From contig NC_043005.1 of the NCBI RefSeq assembly GCF_006345805.1, forward strand, positions 107,570,001 through 107,634,000: a stretch of 64,000 nucleotides of DNA, read 5' to 3'. This DNA comes from Octopus sinensis (taxonomy: Eukaryota). Shown piece by piece: positions 52,095 to 64,000 of the stretch; the first letter of the stretch is position 1; each line of letters starts with the position of its first letter. The notes below the pieces were generated by a model, which saw nothing but the letters and a program-made list of their open reading frames with translations, ran no database searches and had not been told where the DNA came from. Position numbers and translations under genes: made by a program.

Positions 52095-52519
52095 TCACTC
52101 ACACGCACATAAATGCACATACATACATACATACATGCATACATACATACATACATACATACATCATGCATACATACATGCATGCATGCATGCATGCATA
52201 TATACATACATCGATACATATATACATACATACATACATACACACATTCATGCATACTTGCATACATACATACATACATGCATACATACATACATGCATA
52301 CATACATACATATGTACATTCATCGATACATCGATACATACATACATGCATGCATACTTGCATACATACATACATGCATAAATACATGCATGCATCCATA
52401 CATACATACATACATACATACATACATACATGCATGCATACATGCATACATGCATACATACATACATACATACATACATACATACATACATACATACATA
52501 CATACATACATACATACAT
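52095..52519. repeat. (CATA)n/(CATG) microsatellite abutting the 3' end of the RTE element
   Basis: Direct inspection. Confidence 0.9.
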
Positions 52520-53820
52520 GATGGTTGCCAACTCCATTTCGAGTAGAGCCATTGCCCGATTTCTTTATGTCTTAGAATATCATCGATGAGCTGCACCAAT
52601 ACGGCTTTTGAAGCCGCCAAATTCTTGCATGCTTTGTGACAATTAGAGCAAGAAAACTTGGTAATTGTATAGTTTACAGCTCCATGAACTTTGCTATGCT
52701 TTTTCAAACCACTTTTTGATCTGCATACTTTATGACAGAGTATTCATTCGAAATCATCTGTCCGTCTGTAATCCTTGTGCAGTTGGGCAATGTGTGATTT
52801 CATTTGGCTCTTTAGCCCAGCCTTACTTAGACAAATCTTTCTATATTCATCACATGTAAGATCATCACGTTCATTAATGTTTGTCATAACATCATTCCTG
52901 TCAATTTTCCTCATATTTTTTCTTTTGTTCTTTGCATGCTCCATTCTCTTCCTTTCAAAGTCATTGTTGCCTTCATACACAACCCTTTTCCATTTTTCTC
53001 GGCAATGCGCTAAATCTTCCCAATTGTCATTTGTAACATTTATCTTATTCAATCCCGACTTCAGACAATCTCTGTACCTCATATTTGGTTTGTGGGACGG
53101 ACGCTTACCACTCACTAATTCTCCGTAAAAAACGTTGTTTATGCATTCTGTTATCTGTCATTCTGACTAAGTGCCCACTCCATCTCAATCTGCACTGCAA
53201 TAGCAAAGCTTGAATACTGAACCATTTCCCTCTTTCAAGCACTTCATCCTCACTCACGAACATTTTCCAGATGATCCTGAAAATCCTTCTGAGACATTGT
53301 TGATGAAAACTTTCCATAAGTTTTAAGTGCTTACGATACAAACCCCAGGTTTCGCAAGCATACGATAAAGAGGTTAATATACATTTATTGTATACCTTAA
53401 TCTTTGTCGCAGTGGAAACACCGTGTCTAGACCATAAGCGGTATTCCAGTTTGTCAAAAACAAAACTGGCTTTCTGAATGCGTAGTGATACTTCATCATC
53501 ATGTGTTTAGTGTCCTCCCCAAGTAAACAAACTTAGAAACCACAGCAAGTTTTCTTCCATACACGAACATACCAGGTTCTATGTATGGTATTCTTGGAGC
53601 TGGATGAAACACGACAGCAGTTTTGGTTGGATTTATGGTTAAGCCTAGTGCCTCACAAGCCATTGAAATTGCATTCATAAGATTTAGCATGTCCTCTTCA
53701 GTATGAGTGACAATATGACATCATCCGCATAGAGAAGATCTCTAATAAAAGTTGGGGGCGTCCTTGCCTTAGCTGACAGTCTTCCGATGTTAAATTTCTT
53801 CCTGTTGTGCGATATCTGAT
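52520..53820 (-). mobile_element. RTE (BovB-like) LINE, 5'-truncated and decayed, with C-terminal C2H2-like fingers
   Basis: LLYADD, GLTINPTKT, KFVYLG, FHQQCLRRIF, RLRWSGHLVRM, RYRDCLK, C..CRKICLSKAGLKS..KSH-like and CSNCHKAC. Confidence 0.85.
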
Positions 53821-53974
53821 ATATATATATATATATATATATTGGCCTGCTCGCTTAGCCAGCGAGGTGGCGTCATTTTAAGGCTGAATCAATTGCGAAG
53901 CACATTGTGACCAGCGATGTGTAGCACAATCTGATAGCCTGCCGGTCACGGTGATCACGGGGATATAGTATATA

Positions 53975-54017
<43 letters not shown>

Positions 54018-56119
54018 TATATATATATATATATATATATAATATGCCTTACTATATGAAGGGCTGAAGGCATATATATCAGATATCGCACAGCAGGAAA
54101 ATACATTCATACTTACGCATTTGTACGCATATATGTATGCAGATGCATGAATGCATACACACATTCATACAGACATGTACATACATGCATAAGTGATTTG
54201 TTGGGCCTGTATGCAGTCGTTCCACCTGGTAGATGATATATCTTCCTGAAAACGCACTGTTCCGTATTAGAAAAGAGCAAAATGTATAAGTTAACAGGAC
54301 GATGAATATCTCAAAAACTAGAGAATGGTCAACGATGAAATACTTTTCATCAACGTTGTTCTCAAGTAGACAGCAGCAACAGCAATAGTAACGACAATAA
54401 GAAAGGCTCCGCTACCATCAACAACAGCAGCAAACTGAGATGGATCGAAACAAAACCACTGACAGACTACGACAACAGAACTGTCAAGTAACTACAATTG
54501 TTAGGTTCGAAGGGTAGAACAATTTCTCAATCAACCACCTACACTGAAAAGTAAGGTCAACTTCCAGTGATGTATGACAGCTGTATAATATTCTGAAATG
54601 ACTCATAAAAATGCAAAGTGTAATATTTAAATGATGCACTACAAACCAATTATCTCCTTTCATAATGTTCGTTCATATATGCTTATATATATATATATAT
54701 ATAATATATTATATATAATATATTAATATTATATATATAGATATATATTATATATATATATATATATATATTATACATACATACATACATACATATATAC
54801 ATACATACATACATATATATATACATACATACATATACACACGAGTGTGTGTGTGTATGTGTGTGTGTATGTGTGTTGTGTGTGTGTGTGTGTGTGTGTG
54901 TGCGCGTGCGGCTCTGCAAGTCTGAAGCTTACATGTTTGCACATTTGTCATACGTGATGAATTTGTACAAGATACAGATGTCGAATGTAACTACCGATGT
55001 TTTCATACATGTCGAAATTATCTAAAGATGTCAGAAGGCTATTTATTGCCTGAACTACATTGATATGAAAAGTCGCTAGCGAACACTTTATGCAACACAG
55101 TACCCCATATGTCATACCAATATTTCGCGACAATTTTGACAGCACAATTGTGAGACAATGTAAGCACTCGAAGTTTAGGATTTCTTGTCACTGGATATAG
55201 TGACACATCGTTTATTGTAATGTAGATAAACCTTTAAGCAATATGATAGAGATAAGAAGGTAAATTAATTGGTTTGATAATTTTATATGAATAATGATAT
55301 ATCTATATTATAACACTTAAAGTAATTGGTAAATATCCACCAGATGCTGCTATATTTCCTGCAATTGTTGATAAAATAAATACCTTTCTTAACTAGAATG
55401 TCTACAATTCCGTCAAAAGTCACTAGAAATTAAAATAAATTAAAATTTCCTTTAGATATACTTTTATCATGGGTTATTCTCACTTCAATGAATATTACTA
55501 AAAGGCGCTTTCATGAAGATACAATTGGCAACAACTAAAATTACCCAGTCTTGTATCAACAGTTGCTGGTTTCTCTTACCCGTAAGCATTGGCAGTTTGT
55601 CATTTTTTTTTTTCATTTTTAAAAATTTTAAGCTTTGTTAGATTCCGCCTATATAATCTAAAGTCTGTTTACCAGAAATTTCAGGAATTATTTTGAGTGC
55701 ATGATGACGCTTGAAAATTGTTTTAAAATATGATTCCATTCAGTCGATTATTAAAGTCAGAGCACCACGCTGTACAAACTCGTCATTCATATCTAAAACA
55801 CTGTACACTTTTATCAAAAATGTTGATTTAAGATGTTGATACAGAGGTGTATCATTCACGATTCGTTCATAAAGGGAATCACGTCTGCACCAGACTACTG
55901 ATAAAGAAAATTCAAGCTTATAGAAGAACTACAAGAGATTATTAGGCTATGATTCTGCTTATCAAAACCGTTTAGTAGGCCCCGACGAAAGAGCTATTCA
56001 ACAATTTTTGAATTCTCAATCAAATCGGACCACTTAAATTTGGTTCGATTTGTGCCAGAGTTCAAAAATTTGTAAAGCCGCACTTTGTTAACTTTGTATG
56101 TACAGGAATTTTCTACGAC

Positions 56120-56350
56120 GGCGGCAAGCTGGCAGAAATGTTAGCACGCCGGTCGAAATGCTTAGCAGTATTTCGTCTGCCTTTACGTTCTGAGTTCAAA
56201 TTCCGCCGAGGTCGACTTTGCCTTTCATCCTTTCGGGGTCGTATAAATTAAGTACGAGTTACGCACTGGGGTCGATATAATCGACTTAATCCCTTTGTCT
56301 GTCCTTGTTTGTCCTCTCTAGGTTTAGCCATTGTGGGCAATAAAGAAATA
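56120..56350 (+). mobile_element. SINE family B, full length, with 16-bp TSD
   Basis: TSD AGGAATTTTCTACGAC at 56104-56119 and 56351-56366. Confidence 0.92.
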
Positions 56351-57529
56351 AGGAATTTTCTACGACATATTTGAACTAAATATGCAACACTATTCGTTTC
56401 AAGTCTGAGTAAAAAAGACATTTTAGAGGTTTCTAATTCCTCGGAAAAACCAGCGCGCTTTTCTATTGTTTTTACAAGAATTATATGCATATCTTCCGAA
56501 TGATAATCTCCGAGAGGGCTCTTTGATAAAAGCAGTTTCAAAGATTTCATCTCAGAATTAGGTGTGCGTATTCTAAAGTTGGCGATCAATCATTACAACG
56601 TTATGATATTGATGTCTTCAGTTAATTTCACTACGCCAGTCAATCTGAAAGTAAAATTTTCGATGTGAGAGAATAGACAACTCTGTGAATAAGTTGAGAA
56701 AAAGTGATTCGTTCTGATGAACAGGGTAAAGGGTCATCTCTCCTTGACCAGTAAGGTTTTGTCAAGGTGCTTCATAAGTAATACAGCGACAATTCGAGCC
56801 ATGAAATAAAAACACTATTATCCTCACTTTCGAAGCAGTAAGAAAATTAGCACCGTTATAACGAGAATGCTTCAACTATAAGTAACATTGTTATTGAAAA
56901 TTGCCTTGACTTAATGAAAATGCTATGAAATATTCAATTGTCTGAGAATTTTATGTCGAATCGTTCTATTTCCATTGCAAGACATCGTTACACTTAAATA
57001 TTATAGTTACACTTAAGTAATATGAGTAAAATTATGTATCGGTACACTCAATTAGTACGTTTGTACTGAGAAATCTAAAATAATTTGATATAATTCTTTG
57101 GAGATATTTTTATCAATTTCTTCCAGAAGGCTGTAATAATTTCTTGTAATTAATGCTGCAGTATGTTTAAAATAGAAGTTGCTATTGAATCTCTGAGATT
57201 CAGCATTTATGGTTTGCAACATCTAATATACATGATCCTGTTATGTCTTCATTTTTGCATTTAGATGTCAGTTTACCCTTTAATAAGTGAAGACCCACTT
57301 AAATTAATTTTTGCCTTAGATTATTTACATTTCAAATGGTTAATGTGTTATTTAAAAATTGAAAACTGCATTGTGACTCATGCTCGATCGAACGATTTGT
57401 AGCATGTGATTATTCGTAACATCTACTGGCTCCATATTTGCTATTTGCAGATTTCATTTGTATTTCAAGAAATTAATCTGAAATGGAATCACCAGTCGAA
57501 AAATATATGCCTCCATAATGTATGTCATT

Positions 57530-57629
57530 NNNNNNNNNNNNNNNNNNNNNNNNNNNNNNNNNNNNNNNNNNNNNNNNNNNNNNNNNNNNNNNNNNNNNNN
57601 NNNNNNNNNNNNNNNNNNNNNNNNNNNNN
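57530..57629. other. Assembly gap (100 N)
   Basis: Run of N. Confidence 1.
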
Positions 57630-57953
57630 GAAATAAAACATACACTTCCACAGTTCTACATAAAATACGAAACTGCTTCAGCAAGAAATGTACAGAAACA
57701 AGGTGAATGCCATACGTAAACTGGTGTGTTGGATTACGGTGGAATCTACCAGTCAGTAGTGACCGATTCTACTGGATTAGCAGAACTATGAAGCAGATGA
57801 ATTGTTACATTGCCAAATGCCAGTCATATCTGATGAGCTAGATTTACTGATGTTTTAAGAACAAAGATATCTGTAATTCCCAACGATATATATATACATA
57901 TATATATATTATATTATATATATTATAGATATCTATATATATATATATATATA

Positions 57954-57987
<34 letters not shown>

Positions 57988-58822
57988 CCTTATATATCTA
58001 TATACATACACATAGATAATATATCTGTATTGTCTATATAAACACCTACATATATACATACATACATATATATATATATATAATATATGTTTATATATAT
58101 ATACATTTACACATATACATACATAAATATATATGCACATGTATAATCAAATCAATAGGAATATCAAGAGAACTGAGCTGTATCTCTCACTAAAGCAGGT
58201 GATTTCGAAAGCTCTGGATTAGACCGTAGGTATTTGGGGTTTTTTGCTGTTATATTCTACATCCTTCTATATATATGTATATATGTGTATATGAGTATAT
58301 ATATGTATATGAGTGTATATGTATGCATGTAAGTATATATAAATATGTGTGTGTGTGTGTATATATATATATTCCATCTTTTTTTTATTTCATCTTCATC
58401 AGCACCCTCAGTGGCAGCAGCAGCAGAAGCAGCAGGTGTGGTCGCTTTGTGAACATCATCATCAGAAATAAAACATACATGTGTTAATAACTGGAGTGAT
58501 GGGCAATGATGAAAAGTAAGAGGATAACGGTGATCGACAGCGTTGACTTATAAGATGTGAATACCAGGACGGATATGAGTACGGTGATGATTTTCATGAA
58601 GGGCATACTCTCTACGTATTTCTATATATTAATAACAATATTGTATCTACAACGATGCTAATGCTTATGGTGATGGTAATGGCGGTGAAGATGATGATGA
58701 TGATTATCAAACTGATCAGCATTGTTTTATTATTTACATCAATGCTATTGTTATCGTCCTCTTCTTGTTGTGTATATATGTAATACACACCTGCCTATAT
58801 GTATATATATATGTATATATAT

Positions 58823-58865
<43 letters not shown>

Positions 58866-58870
58866 AATAA

Positions 58871-59039
58871 TATATTCACACAGATATAGATATATAGATA
58901 GATATATATGAAAAAATTAATCCAACATATATATATATATATTATATATATATATATCTATATATATATATTATATATATATATTGGATAATTTTTTTTC
59001 ATATATTTCTATCTATTATTCTATATCTGTGTGAATATA
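58871..59039. repeat. Short inverted repeat around a TA tract
   Basis: ATATTCACACAGATATAGA...TGAAAAAATTAATCCAA and TTGGATAATTTTTTTTCA...TCTATATCTGTGTGAATAT. Confidence 0.7.
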
Positions 59040-59247
59040 TGTGTGTGTATATATACAATATACATCACACACACACTATATATATATACATACAATAAAT
59101 ATACCTGTAAACACACATATATTAATGTGTGCGAATGTGTATGTATGTATGCATGTATATGTATATATATATATATATATATATACTATATATGTATGTA
59201 TATATGTATATGATATATATGTATAATATATATATAATATATATATA

Positions 59248-59285
<38 letters not shown>

Positions 59286-60199
59286 AAATAATAAATGTAT
59301 GTATGTATCAGAGCAGCTATTATTGGGGATAATTCCTTTCTATCTATCCGTTTGATCTGTATTCATATTGCTTCATATTGCTTTTGTTGCTTTCTTTTAG
59401 GAAAGTGAGGTAGGTTTAGGTGTAAGCAGGTGGATATTTTCGCTGTGCAAAATACAATGTAGGAGAATACAAACAAAATTTATTAATAAGACAAATAAAA
59501 AAGAATGCACAAAAATAAAGGACGAAATTCTCCTGTTCCAACCTCCTCACTGATCCAGCATTTCAGCCTCCATATTATCCTGAATGTAATCTTCAGCTCC
59601 CACCAGCTCTCTCTCTCCGCTCCACCAGTGCTACATCTACCATCGCTATCACAATGTCCAAAACGATGTGATTACGAAGTGTATCAGGTACTTTGGCTAA
59701 AGTTGATTATAGTAGAAGGTCTAGGTCTTACTTTGAAGTTAAGAGTGTTTGCTATATGACACGGCAACTTAATAAACATACAACATATTAATGTTTGTTC
59801 TTGTTGGTGTTGTTAGTGTTGCTGCTGTTCTTCATGGCGAATTTTTTTTTTCTTTGGTTTTATTTGTTGTTGCTGATGATGATGACGATGATGATGACGA
59901 TGACAACGACGATGACGATGACGATGATGCCAGCAGTGAATGCATTGTAGTTATTAGTTTTGTTTGTGCTGTGCTTTTTGTTGATTTGATTGTTGTTATT
60001 GGCAGCTCATCTTCTTTATTATGTTTGTTGTTTTTTTTACTATATTTTATTTGCTCCTGTTATTTAGTTTTCTAATATTTCAGTTATTAATGTTGTTGTC
60101 ATTGCTGTTATTGTTTTCGCTTTCGTTGTTTTGCAGTTCTTTATTGTTTTTTCTTTTGCTATTGTCATTTTTTATTATCATGTTGTGTCTTCTTTCAGT

Positions 60200-60213
60200 T
60201 GCTGTTGCTATTA

Positions 60214-60283
<70 letters not shown>

Positions 60284-60303
60284 CATTATTATCATTATTA
60301 TTA

Positions 60304-60368
<65 letters not shown>

Positions 60369-60610
60369 GTGATTATCGTTGCTGTTGTTGTTGCTGCTGC
60401 TGCTATTCTTGTTAGTACACTTCTTTCAAATGGTGGAGGGACAGGGTGGGTGCTGTGTCATATGGCCTCAATATGTCATTGGTTAAGAAACTTCATCTCT
60501 GTACTTACTGTTTGAGTTCACATCCTACCGATATGTATAGAAATATGTGCCTGTGAATAATAGTAGGAGTAAGGGTACTTCTACTGCTGCAGCTGCTACA
60601 CCTCCTACTC

Positions 60611-60657
<47 letters not shown>

Positions 60658-60756
60658 GCTGCTGCTACTGCTGCTGCTACTACTACTAACACTGCTGCTG
60701 CTATTGCTGCTGCTGCTGCTGCTACTATTACTACTACTACTACTACTACTACTACT

Positions 60757-60789
<33 letters not shown>

Positions 60790-60825
60790 TATGATAATAA
60801 TAATAATAATTATAATAATTATAAG

Positions 60826-60870
<45 letters not shown>

Positions 60871-60890
60871 CATCATCATTATTATACAGA
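60200..60890. repeat. Compound trinucleotide microsatellites (TTA, CTA, CTG, TAA)
   Basis: Direct inspection. Confidence 0.9.
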
Positions 60891-61304
60891 TGGCGCCGCC
60901 GACTAATCCAGTTACTATAACAGTGATGGTGATGCTCATGACCTGACAATAATGTTGATGCAGAAGTTAGTTGCGGTGGTGATTATGATGATGATGATGA
61001 TGATGATGTTGATGACACACTTAAGAGATGTGTGTTATAAATGACATCTTATTTTCTACTCTTTATTGTAATAAAATTTCCTGAGACCAATTTCCCTGGA
61101 TTTTGGATGCTACCTAGGTCCGAATGTACATACTATTCGTATTCCCTCTTATGTCCCAAACAGAGCATATGTAATTTTTTTCAATGTAAATACGAACACA
61201 TATTTGATTATTGTTATAAAATACTTTGCGGATTTTGTCCGTCGACAAAATGACATTAAGCATTGTATTGCAGTTTTTAGATTCTGATAACTTCGTCTTT
61301 GGAT

Positions 61305-61418
61305 ACATCCTTTCAGGGTCGATAAAATAAGTACCAGTCAAATATTGAGATTGATGAAATCTGCTTACACTTCGCCTTAAAAATTGCTGGACCTATGCCA
61401 ACAGTCTGAAAGAATTAT
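61305..61418 (+). mobile_element. SINE family B, 3' remnant
   Basis: CATCCTTTCAGGGTCGATAAAATAAGTACCAG. Confidence 0.6.
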
Positions 61419-61505
61419 TATGAGCAAACACACATACACTCTACAAATATACACAGACAGCAAACAGTCACCCAATCACTCAGATAGATAGATAGATAGA
61501 CAGAC

Positions 61506-61586
<81 letters not shown>

Positions 61587-61594
61587 TATTGATT

Positions 61595-61644
<50 letters not shown>

Positions 61645-61974
61645 GATAGAGAGAGAGGGGGGACAGAGAGAGAACTATATAGACAGACATACTGACTGAT
61701 AAATAGATAGATAGATAGATTGATGCATACATACATACATACATAATACATACATAAACATATATATGTGCACGTATGTGTTTGAAAATGCTGTTCATAA
61801 TGCCTAATAATTTATGCCTCGTCCTATACATCCGTTTTTATGTTTTCATACGACCACACGTTCTTACGCACAAGTACACTGGCAGATACACGCATATAAA
61901 CATCTGCTTAGAGACATGTTGCTCGAAATATATGTAAATATATCATCCATCTCAACTCATCTCGGAGTTCTTCT

Positions 61975-62005
<31 letters not shown>

Positions 62006-62034
62006 TTATACACACACATATACAGCATGAAGAT

Positions 62035-62073
<39 letters not shown>

Positions 62074-62108
62074 CTGTGTGTATGTATATATATATATCAG
62101 TGTGTATG

Positions 62109-62160
<52 letters not shown>

Positions 62161-63370
62161 CGTATATACATATATATGTATAGTCATTTTTATACACGTA
62201 TCTTTTAATGTACTACTTGAGAAACTGATACATATGCATAGTCACAGACATTCTTGTATACATAGGTATGTGTTCAAAGAGACACTTAGATACACATACA
62301 CATGTGAATACACACATGCAAGACATTTCGATGACTTAAGTAGCCTCATTTCATACTTCCGCTTAATTTTATTCACATGCACATATTTATGAAGACTAAG
62401 AAAATAAAAAGAAAAGTTTCCTAAAATTTCCTAATTCGTTGAAATGAATGTTGTAAAAAATTAGACAAAAATAGAAAAAAAAATTCAAAATACATTAATA
62501 GCAAAAAAAAATAAATAAAAAGGATGAATAAATATGTTAGAATAAAACAATGAAATACCACGATTTAAGCATGAATGAAAGAAAGTAAAATGAAGAAATT
62601 AATGATTGAAAGGTATATGAAAGAGTCGCTATTGGGGAAAAAGAATATTTGATTGGGTTAAGTGGAGGACGTGGCAGTGATTTGAGTAAACCTGAAGAAT
62701 TCTATATACCTGCACAACTACGTTATGTTTGTATGCCACTTCATAAAAAGAATCAGAAGAGATCAGAACGAGTTTTAATTGCTTGAGAATCTTAGAGAGC
62801 AATGGTAACAGATTAATATCTAAATCATTTTTGTTTTTCATGCGAAATCAGAGAATACTAAATTTATCCGTAATAGGCAGCATTTTACAAGGAATTTCAT
62901 GAGCTAAATGAAAGTTTAGTGGGCAACTTCTACCACAGATTGTCAAAACTCCGGTTTTTATATATTGAAAATTATATAGAAACATTGTATTCACATTTAA
63001 ATAAATTTAAAGTATTCATGTTCTTATAAAATCGTTTTATATTTTTAAAATAACTTTAAAATAAGTTTTATTTAATCTTTTTATTCAGTAGATTGAAATG
63101 AAAAGAACCGTTTAGTGAAGTAAATATTTAAATCGTATAAGGTTGAGCATTTAGTCCGTACAATTCCATGTGACAACTTCGTATGAACATATACGGTCAT
63201 GAAACATATTTTAGGTATTGCTTAAAATTTAAAACATAGCCTCAATATATTTTATATCAAAATAATCCATAAGGAAACAAGAAGAGTTTATAAAATTCTT
63301 TTACATGATTTTCTGTTTGAAATTAGACTCAGAAATAAAAGGTAGTGTTGTTACTCTTAGTGTTACCATC

Positions 63371-63662
63371 TGTGAACTTTAGGCTCAACATTAGCTTCTT
63401 CGAGAAAAGATGGTCCTAATAGATCCTTTTCCTAATTTTCTTTACTTCAAAATATAAGAAAGAGTTTTTAATTTCTGTTAAATTTCTTTGCAGTAAATAA
63501 ATACGCATTCATTTTTGTGAACTTTAGGCTCAACATTTGCTTCTTCGAGAAAAGATGGTCCCAATAAATAATTTTCCTAATTTTCTTTACTTCAAAATAT
63601 AAGAAGCAGTTTTTAATTTCTGTTAAATAATTTTCTTTGCCGTAAATACGTATTCAATTTTG
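63371..63662. repeat. Tandem duplication, about 145-bp unit
   Basis: TGTGAACTTTAGGCTCAACATT.GCTTCTTCGAGAAAAGATGGTCC...TTCAAAATATAAGAA occurs twice. Confidence 0.9.
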
Positions 63663-64000
63663 TATCAGATGTAACGAACTGCTAAATTCTGTATTCTTCG
63701 CTCTTTATTTTTATTAAAAATACATGTTTTCATTTTGTAGTCAATGAAATTTCCAATTTTTCTTATGTAACTCCAAAAAGTGATTGCACTAAAGGCAATT
63801 TTAGCATGAAAGTATTGCCATACTCCGCAGAAGAATATAAAAAAACGGCCTTTGTATTTTCTATTAATTCCCTTCGTCACTGACAAATTAAGAAATTACA
63901 ACAATGCCGCTGATATTGTTTCTCTACATCGTCACTCCACAGCATAGCATAACATACCCCAAGAGTGAAAACGTAAATAAGTTTTACAGAACTGATATAA

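Noticed and set aside
54930-57330. Possible decayed hAT transposase
   Set aside because: Scattered partial motifs only and no TIRs found
57830-57860. CTGATGAG hammerhead box (also CTGATGA at 56714)
   Set aside because: No stem II followed by GAAA

Overview
AT-rich, microsatellite-saturated eukaryotic DNA. The SINE families and TA/TAA/CATA tracts suggest an Octopus-like cephalopod genome (inference). There is one 100-N gap and no confidently identifiable host gene. The window is mostly transposon remnants: a same-strand cluster of Dong/R4-clade REL retrotransposons nested in (TAA)n arrays (18.6-29.8 kb), HERO, RTE and Tx1-like LINE fragments, two mariner remnants, a Tc1 remnant, two non-autonomous Helitrons with canonical ends, and three tRNA-derived SINE families. 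The most notable signal is a set of 8 minimal type-I hammerhead ribozyme motifs from about 5 short repeat families. They show all three 3-8 core pairings (C3-G8, U3-A8, G3-C8), usually have a palindromic stem III, and mostly sit in inverted-repeat or palindromic elements resembling Penelope pseudo-LTR derivatives. A covarying 3'-UTR stem shared by the Dong/R4 families is also visible. All folds and alignments were read by eye.
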